33,829 bases of DNA from Myxococcota bacterium (lineage in GTDB: Bacteria > Myxococcota > UBA4151): positions 1-33,829 of the forward strand of contig JBDQPD010000032.1 in NCBI GenBank assembly GCA_040260805.1, written 5' to 3'. Below, in pieces: positions 17,737 to 24,212 of the stretch (positions within the stretch are counted from its first letter, which is position 1; each line of letters opens with the position of its first letter). The position numbers and the translations under genes were made by a program. Under the pieces are notes generated by a model, which saw nothing but the letters and a program-made list of their open reading frames with translations, was not told the DNA's origin and ran no database searches.

Positions 17737-19845
17737 ATGCGTTCTATATCATTGCTCACCTGTGCAGCAGCACTACTCTTCACAGGTTGCGACGACCCTC
17801 AAGCGGGCGTTGTTGATCCCACAACACCGATCAACAGCTGCGTCGATCTTGACGGCGACGGCTACGGCGAGAACTGTGATCTGGGTCTTGATTGCGATGA
17901 CAACGATCCGTTGCGCGCCTTGAGCTGCGAAGCTGCAGGGCAAGACGCTGGTCCGGTGATCACCCCTCCTGACCACTGCGAGCCTGGCGCACGGCTGCCC
18001 GGCTGCCCTTGCGCCGGAACCGAAGAGCCTGTGGATTGCTATGACGGCCCTGCCGAGACCATGGGCGAAGGCATCTGCCACGCGGGTTCACGCTACTGCA
18101 TCGAAACCGCTGAAGGGTCGGCGACCTACATCTGGAGCCGCTGCGAAGAGCAGCAATTGCCTCGTGCCACGGAGCGCTGCAATGGTCTTGATGACAACTG
18201 CGACGGCCGCGTCGATGAAGGCGTTCTGAGCAGCTGCGGCAACTGCAACCCCCACTGCTACAACACCGGCCAAGGCCCCAGCAGCGGCGAAGCCTTTGAC
18301 GAGCCCAACGACGACAACGGTTCAGGCGTTGGTCTTGATGAAGACGGCAACCTCATCCTCAACCGCAACGAAGTTCGCTTCGAGTACCTCTGGGTGGCGA
18401 ACGCTGGAGAGGGCACGATCTCAAAGGTTGATACCCGCGAGCTTCGTGAAGCCGCTCGATTTGATTCGGTGGGTCCCAACGATGACGGCTTAGCCGCAGG
18501 AACCTCAAACTCTCCGAGCCGAACCGGTATCGATCTTAACGGCGACATGTTTGTCGCCAACCGCGCCTTCGGACGGCAACCCTCGGTGACGAAGATCTAC
18601 AACCGTGACTGCGCTGATCGAAATGGTGACGGTCGTATTCAGACCTCGCAAGACGTCAACGGGAACAACGTCATCGACCGTAATGATCCCAACGAGTTCT
18701 TTGGTCAAAATGATGAGTGCTTTGCCTGGACCGAGGCGATCGGTCGAAACGGCGGCACCGCCCGCGCCCTGGCGATCGACGCCGGTGATGCGCAGAACCC
18801 TTACGGCAACGTCTGGGTCGGTATGTACACGCACCGTGAGTTCTACGGCATCCAGGGCAGCGACGGCTCGATGGTTCAAGCTCAGGGGCTTCAAAACCCG
18901 GTGAGCATTGGTCACTCCCCCTATGGCGCAGTGGTCGATTCGAACGGCTACGTCTGGTCAGGAACCCTGAGCGGCGGAACCATCGCTGGCTTTGACTCTC
19001 GCACCGGCCGCGCCTCAGGCGTGATCCGTCCGCAGGGTGTCCCTGCTCGCTCTTATGGCTTTACCATGGACGGCGAAAACCGCCTCTGGGTTGGCGCTCA
19101 ATCGGATGGTGTGAATCGCTATGATCCGTACCGCGACGCCAACGGCAACCCGATCCAAGATCCGCTAGCTGGCGGTGGCGCGTGGCGTCACTCCTCCTGC
19201 GGCGGTAACCGCTGCTACATGCGTGGTGCGGGCGCTGACGCCGAAGGGCGCATCTGGTTTGCGGACAACACCTCGGGCATGATCGGCTATCGAGTCGACA
19301 CCATGCAGCTGATCGGTCAGTTCAGCATCGGCGGCGGCACCACGGGCGCTGGCGTTGACTTCAACGGCTTCATCTGGGGCGTCGCATCGGGCGGGTATAC
19401 CGGTCGAATCGATCCGAACAACCCCAACGATGTGCGTCGAGTAACGGTCGGCTCTGGTCCCTACACTTACTCGGATTTTACCGGCTTTGGTCTGCGCAAC
19501 TTCACCGCACCTCGCGGCGGCTACAAGATGGTCGTCGAGGGCTGCGAAAAACTCGATACCGACTGGATGACGCTGGATGCAGAAGCCACGTTGCCTCCGC
19601 AGACTCGTATCGAGTTCCGAGCCAAGATCGCTGAGTCTCGTGATGAGCTCGCCGATCCAGGCTTGCGCGCCTTTGGTCCTTGGACCATCGCCGCCGAGGG
19701 CCCCAACGAGCTTCCAGCCGATCTGGCTGAACTTCCTGGAGGGCGCTTCATGGAGCTTGAGATGTTCTTAGTCTCAACAGATCGCGAAGCGACCCCGGTT
19801 CTTCGTGGCGTCGATGTGCGTTTCCAGTGTGAGATTGAAGAATAG
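17737..19845 (+). CDS. Array paralog 1: lipoprotein with Cys/Asp-rich (MopE-related metal-binding motif) stalk, beta-propeller and C-terminal beta-sandwich
   Basis: GGAGG SD before ATG 17737; lipobox FTGC; CVDLDGDGYG..DCDD; ERCNGLDDNCDGRVDE; blades WVAN, PSRT.ID, ARALAID, PYGAVVD; PYTYSDFTG. 702 aa. Confidence 0.9.
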   Translation: MRSISLLTCAAALLFTGCDDPQAGVVDPTTPINSCVDLDGDGYGENCDLGLDCDDNDPLRALSCEAAGQDAGPVITPPDHCEPGARLPGCPCAGTEEPVDCYDGPAETMGEGICHAGSRYCIETAEGSATYIWSRCEEQQLPRATERCNGLDDNCDGRVDEGVLSSCGNCNPHCYNTGQGPSSGEAFDEPNDDNGSGVGLDEDGNLILNRNEVRFEYLWVANAGEGTISKVDTRELREAARFDSVGPNDDGLAAGTSNSPSRTGIDLNGDMFVANRAFGRQPSVTKIYNRDCADRNGDGRIQTSQDVNGNNVIDRNDPNEFFGQNDECFAWTEAIGRNGGTARALAIDAGDAQNPYGNVWVGMYTHREFYGIQGSDGSMVQAQGLQNPVSIGHSPYGAVVDSNGYVWSGTLSGGTIAGFDSRTGRASGVIRPQGVPARSYGFTMDGENRLWVGAQSDGVNRYDPYRDANGNPIQDPLAGGGAWRHSSCGGNRCYMRGAGADAEGRIWFADNTSGMIGYRVDTMQLIGQFSIGGGTTGAGVDFNGFIWGVASGGYTGRIDPNNPNDVRRVTVGSGPYTYSDFTGFGLRNFTAPRGGYKMVVEGCEKLDTDWMTLDAEATLPPQTRIEFRAKIAESRDELADPGLRAFGPWTIAAEGPNELPADLAELPGGRFMELEMFLVSTDREATPVLRGVDVRFQCEIEE

Positions 19846-22000
19846 CGGCGCATCCACAGGCGGTCATGGGTCGAGCGCTTCACGCGCTCGACGCTTAGTC
19901 CTGTGGTGTGTGCTATCTCTTGGTCTCGCTTGCGGCGATTCCGTTCCCATTGAGGGCGACCCGAACGTGCCGGTCGATTCGTGTATCGATCGAGACGGCG
20001 ACGGCTACGGCTATGACTGCGATCTGGGATCGGACTGTGACGACAGCGACCCACTGCGGGCGCTAAGGTGCGAGGTGTCGAGCGACGCGGGTGCTGCGCC
20101 CCCTGAGCCACAAGATTGCGAAACGGACAGCCAGGCTGCCGGTTGCCCCTGCCCCCCGAACCAGGCCCCGATTGACTGCTATGACGGCGCAGATGGGACC
20201 CTTGGTGTGGGCATCTGCCGCAGCGGTGTAAAGCGCTGCACCGAACGCACAAACAACTGGATCTGGAGCCCATGCGAGGGCCAACAAACGCCTCAAGCTT
20301 CAGAGCGATGCAATGGTCTGGACGACACGTGCAATGGGCAGATCGACGAAGGCGCCCTAAACGTCTGCGGGAACTGCAACCCAAACTGCTTTGACGTCGC
20401 CTTTGGACCGGGGACCGGGCGTCCCTTCTCCGAACCCAACCAAGACAATGGATCAGGCGCCGTTTTGAACGAAGACGGCCACTTACAGCTCCTCAACAGC
20501 GACACGCGCTTCGAATACCTTTGGGTTGCCAACAGCATAGAAGGGACGCTGTCGAAGGTCGACACTCATGAACTTCGAGAGGTCGCACGATACTACTCCG
20601 TGGGACCCAACGATGACGGACTCACCCCCGGTAGGCACAATTACCCGAGTCGCACCGCTATTGATTTAGGGAGCGATATGTTTGTCGCCAACCGCGCTTT
20701 TAATCGAGAGGGCGAGCCCGGGCAACCAAGCATCCCCCAGCGCAGCTCGGTCACTAAAATCGCAAACCATGACTGCATCGATCGAAACGGTGATGGGCAG
20801 ATCCAGACCTCGCGTGACGTCAGCGGCAACAACGTCATTGAACTTGAGGACCCCAACGAGTTTCTAGGGCTCAATGATGAGTGCTTCGCGTGGACCAAAG
20901 CCGTCGGGCGACCAGGCGGGATCGCGCGCGCCTTAGCGCTCAATGTTGGCGACGCACAAAGCCCTAACGGCAACGTCTGGGCGGGCATGTGGAGCCATCG
21001 CGAATTTTATGGCCTACAGGGACATACCGGTGAACTCATTGAGCGCCCCGGAATGCCCAACCCCGTTGCGGTGGGACACCCACCTTATGGCGCCGTTGTC
21101 GACTCGAGCGGTTACGTTTGGTCGGGAACACAGGGAGGCTGCTCCATCGTCGGCTTTGATTCGCGAACCGGGCGAACCTCTCAGCCCTTCGAGCTCAACT
21201 GCCGCGGCTATGGCTTTACGCTCGATGGAAACAATCGGTTGTGGATCGGAGCTCAAAGCGAAGGCGCTCTTCGTTATGACCCTTATCGTGACGCAAACGG
21301 TCAAGCGATCGACGATCCACTCGCTGGTGGCGGAGACGTTCGACGGACGGGTTGCGTAGGCATACGATGCCATCTTCGTGGCGGCGGCGCCGACGCGCAG
21401 GGTCGAATCTGGTTCGGCAACACCGATGGCGTCGTCGGGTATCAAGTCGACACGATGCAGTTGATTGGACACTTCGGGATGGGCGGCACCGGCGCTCCTG
21501 GCGCTGGCGTCGACTTTAGCGGAAAGGTCTGGGGCGTATTTTCCAATGGTTTTACCGGGCGACTTGACCCGAGCAATCCAAACGATGTGCGGCGTGTGAC
21601 GGTCGGATCCGGGCCTTATACCTACTCTGATTTCACAGGCTTTAATCTACGCAATTTTACAGCCCCTCGGGGAGGCTACAAACAGATCATCGAGGGCTGT
21701 GAAAAGAACGAAACCGATTGGCTTGCACTGGATGTCGAAGCCACCATCTTACCGCGAACACGGATCGAAGTACGCGCAAAGGCTGCGGGGTCGCTCGAGG
21801 CGCTCTCGACGCCAGGACTTGCCACGTTCGGGCCTTGGACACTCGATACCGAAGGAGTCGGTGAGCTAGCTGTCGATCTCAACCTATTGCCGGCTGAGCG
21901 GTTCATTGAACTTGAGGTGTTTTTGTTCTCGACAGACCGCAGGAGCACACCGCTTCTGCGTCGGATCAATGCCCGCTTTCAATGCGAGGATGAGGACTGA
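19835..22000 (+). CDS. Array paralog 2: same architecture, more diverged; start uncertain (GTG 19805, ATG 19814, GTG 19829 or TTG 19835)
   Basis: Signal RARRLVLWCVLSLGLAC. Collinear with paralogs 1 and 3 over the full length; PYTYSDFTG; ends RFQCEDED. Confidence 0.85.
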   Translation: MKNSGASTGGHGSSASRARRLVLWCVLSLGLACGDSVPIEGDPNVPVDSCIDRDGDGYGYDCDLGSDCDDSDPLRALRCEVSSDAGAAPPEPQDCETDSQAAGCPCPPNQAPIDCYDGADGTLGVGICRSGVKRCTERTNNWIWSPCEGQQTPQASERCNGLDDTCNGQIDEGALNVCGNCNPNCFDVAFGPGTGRPFSEPNQDNGSGAVLNEDGHLQLLNSDTRFEYLWVANSIEGTLSKVDTHELREVARYYSVGPNDDGLTPGRHNYPSRTAIDLGSDMFVANRAFNREGEPGQPSIPQRSSVTKIANHDCIDRNGDGQIQTSRDVSGNNVIELEDPNEFLGLNDECFAWTKAVGRPGGIARALALNVGDAQSPNGNVWAGMWSHREFYGLQGHTGELIERPGMPNPVAVGHPPYGAVVDSSGYVWSGTQGGCSIVGFDSRTGRTSQPFELNCRGYGFTLDGNNRLWIGAQSEGALRYDPYRDANGQAIDDPLAGGGDVRRTGCVGIRCHLRGGGADAQGRIWFGNTDGVVGYQVDTMQLIGHFGMGGTGAPGAGVDFSGKVWGVFSNGFTGRLDPSNPNDVRRVTVGSGPYTYSDFTGFNLRNFTAPRGGYKQIIEGCEKNETDWLALDVEATILPRTRIEVRAKAAGSLEALSTPGLATFGPWTLDTEGVGELAVDLNLLPAERFIELEVFLFSTDRRSTPLLRRINARFQCEDED
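19870..19892 (+). promoter_or_regulatory. Perfect 9-bp hairpin at the paralog 1/2 junction
   Basis: GTCGAGCGC-TTCAC-GCGCTCGAC, starting 25 nt after the paralog 1 stop; no U-tract. Confidence 0.5.
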
Positions 22001-22016
22001 TGATTTGCTCCACTTC

Positions 22017-22100
22017 GAGCGACCCGTAGGGTCGTTTGCGGCCGGGCACCTATTTGCGTTAGGGTGAACCGCTTCGGGCGGACGCCCGGGAGGGTTCGTT
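22017..22100 (+). promoter_or_regulatory. Structured intergenic leader of paralog 3, with a hairpin covering the SD
   Basis: GAGCGACCC-GTA-GGGTCGTTT hairpin, then GAACC..TTCGGGC-GGAC-GCCCGGG..GGTTC enclosing GGGAGGG. Confidence 0.45.
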
Positions 22101-24209
22101 ATGGTTCGTGCTTTATCTACAGCCGCTCTACTGGTCGGCTCGCTCGCTATGGTGACTGGATGTGATGATCCAGAAGCAGGGGTCAATGACCCAGGTACCC
22201 CAGTCAACAACTGCATCGACGCAGACGGCGATGGCTACGGCGAGAACTGCGACCTCGGTCTAGACTGCGACGATAACGACCCGCTGCGGGCCTTGAGCTG
22301 CGAGGCTACAGGCCAAGACGCTGGGCCAGTGATCACCCCTCCCGATCACTGCGAGCCCGGCGCAAGGCTTCCGGGTTGCCCCTGTGCGGGCACTGAAGAG
22401 CCTGTTGATTGTTACGACGGCCCTGCTGAGACCATGGGCGAAGGCATCTGCCACGCAGGCTCTCGCTACTGCATCGAAACGACTGAAGGATCTGCCACGT
22501 ACATTTGGAGTCGCTGTGAAGAACAGCAATTGCCCCGTGCGACGGAGCGCTGCAATGGCTTGGACGACAACTGCGACGGCCGAGTGGATGAGGGCGTGCT
22601 GAGCAGCTGCGGCAACTGCAACCCTCACTGCTACAACACCGGTCAAGGACCAAGCAGCGGCGAAGCCTTCGACGAGCCCAACGATGACAACGGCTCAGGC
22701 GTTGGACTGGATGAAGACGGTAATCTCGTCCTCAACCGCAACGAAGTACGGTTCGAGTACCTGTGGGTCGCCAACAGCTCGGAAGGCACCATCTCTAAGG
22801 TCGACACTCGAGAACTACGTGAAGCAGCTCGCTTTGACTCGGTGGGTCCCAACGACGACAATCTGACTCCGGGTTCTCGTAACTATCCCAGCCGCACCGG
22901 AATTGATTTGAACGGCGACATGTTCGTCGCCAACCGCGCCTTCGGCAGCCAGCCCTCGGTGACGAAAATCTACAACCGAGACTGCGCTGACCGAAACGGT
23001 GACGGTCGGATCCAGACCTCACAGGACGTCAACGGCAACAACGTGATTGATCGCAATGACCCCAACGAGTTCTTCGGTCAAAATGACGAATGTTATGCAT
23101 GGACCAAAGCGGTCGGGCGCAGCGGCGGAACCGCTCGAGCTCTGGCGATCGATTCGGGTGATGGACAGAACCCTTACGGCAACGTCTGGGTCGGTATGTA
23201 CACCCATCGCGAGTTCTATGGTGTGCAAGGCGGCGACGGCTCCTTGATTCAGCGTCCTGGGTTGCAAAACCCGGTCAGCGTTGGGCATTCGCCCTATGGA
23301 GCGGTCGTGGATTCAAACGGCTATGTTTGGTCCGGAACGCTGAGCTCGTGCACGGTCGTTGGGTTTGATCCCCGCACTGGGCGCGCAGGGCAGCCGGTCA
23401 ATCTGGGTTGTCGGTCTTATGGATTCACCCTGGACGGTGAAAACCGCATGTGGGTCGGCGCGCTGAGCGAAGGCGCTTCTCGCTATAACCCGTACCGTGA
23501 CCGCAACGGCAACCCGATTCAGGATCCTCTAGCTGGTGGCGGTGAGCAACGCTCAGCAGCTTGCGGCGCAGGGCGTTGCAACCTTCGCGGCGGCGGTGCC
23601 GACGCTGAGGGTCGCATTTGGTTCGCTAACCTTGATGCGGTGATCGGTTACCGAGTCGACAACATGCAGTTCATCGGGAACTTTGTCTTTGGCGGCAGCT
23701 CCGCAACGGGCGCCGGCGTCGACTTTAATGGCTACGTCTGGGGGGTGAGCTCGAGCGGGTTTACCGGCCGCATTGATCCCAACAACCCCAACGATGTTCG
23801 CCGAGTTACGGTGGGCTCAGGGCCTTACACCTATTCGGATTTCACCGGCTTTGGTCTGCGCAACTTCACCGCGCCTCGTGGCGGATACAAGATGATCGTA
23901 GAGGGCTGCGAAAAACTCGACACCGACTGGATGACGCTGGACGCAGAAGCCACCTTGCCACCGCAAACTCGTATCGAGTTTCGCGCTAAGGTCGCTGAAT
24001 CTCGCGACGAACTCGCCGACCCGGGCTTGCGCGCCTTTGGGCCTTGGACGGTCTCGGCAGATGGCGTCAACGAGCTGCCCGCCGATCTCGCTGAGCTTCC
24101 CGGGGGTCGATTCATGGAACTCGAACTGTTCCTAGTCTCGACCGATCGTGAGGCGACTCCGGTCCTTCGTGGCGTCGACGTTCGCTTTCAGTGCCAGATC
24201 GAAGAGTAG
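22101..24209 (+). CDS. Array paralog 3: close protein-level duplicate of paralog 1
   Basis: GGAGGG SD; lipobox VTGC; 702 aa. Stalk and C-terminal domain are nearly identical to paralog 1. Confidence 0.92.
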   Translation: MVRALSTAALLVGSLAMVTGCDDPEAGVNDPGTPVNNCIDADGDGYGENCDLGLDCDDNDPLRALSCEATGQDAGPVITPPDHCEPGARLPGCPCAGTEEPVDCYDGPAETMGEGICHAGSRYCIETTEGSATYIWSRCEEQQLPRATERCNGLDDNCDGRVDEGVLSSCGNCNPHCYNTGQGPSSGEAFDEPNDDNGSGVGLDEDGNLVLNRNEVRFEYLWVANSSEGTISKVDTRELREAARFDSVGPNDDNLTPGSRNYPSRTGIDLNGDMFVANRAFGSQPSVTKIYNRDCADRNGDGRIQTSQDVNGNNVIDRNDPNEFFGQNDECYAWTKAVGRSGGTARALAIDSGDGQNPYGNVWVGMYTHREFYGVQGGDGSLIQRPGLQNPVSVGHSPYGAVVDSNGYVWSGTLSSCTVVGFDPRTGRAGQPVNLGCRSYGFTLDGENRMWVGALSEGASRYNPYRDRNGNPIQDPLAGGGEQRSAACGAGRCNLRGGGADAEGRIWFANLDAVIGYRVDNMQFIGNFVFGGSSATGAGVDFNGYVWGVSSSGFTGRIDPNNPNDVRRVTVGSGPYTYSDFTGFGLRNFTAPRGGYKMIVEGCEKLDTDWMTLDAEATLPPQTRIEFRAKVAESRDELADPGLRAFGPWTVSADGVNELPADLAELPGGRFMELELFLVSTDREATPVLRGVDVRFQCQIEE

Positions 24210-24212
24210 AGT

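Noticed and set aside
19521..20384. 287-aa minus-strand ORF
   Set aside because: Arg/Ser-rich antisense shadow of paralogs 1 and 2. The same applies to the other short overlapping ORFs in the track.
17737..24209. Diversity-generating retroelement explanation for the paralog 1/3 similarity
   Set aside because: Both copies are intact full genes, the differences are mostly synonymous third-position changes and not adenine-specific, and no reverse transcriptase is in the window.
22101..24209. Assembly artefact or very recent duplication
   Set aside because: Dense synonymous differences, a different signal peptide and loop indels relative to paralog 1.
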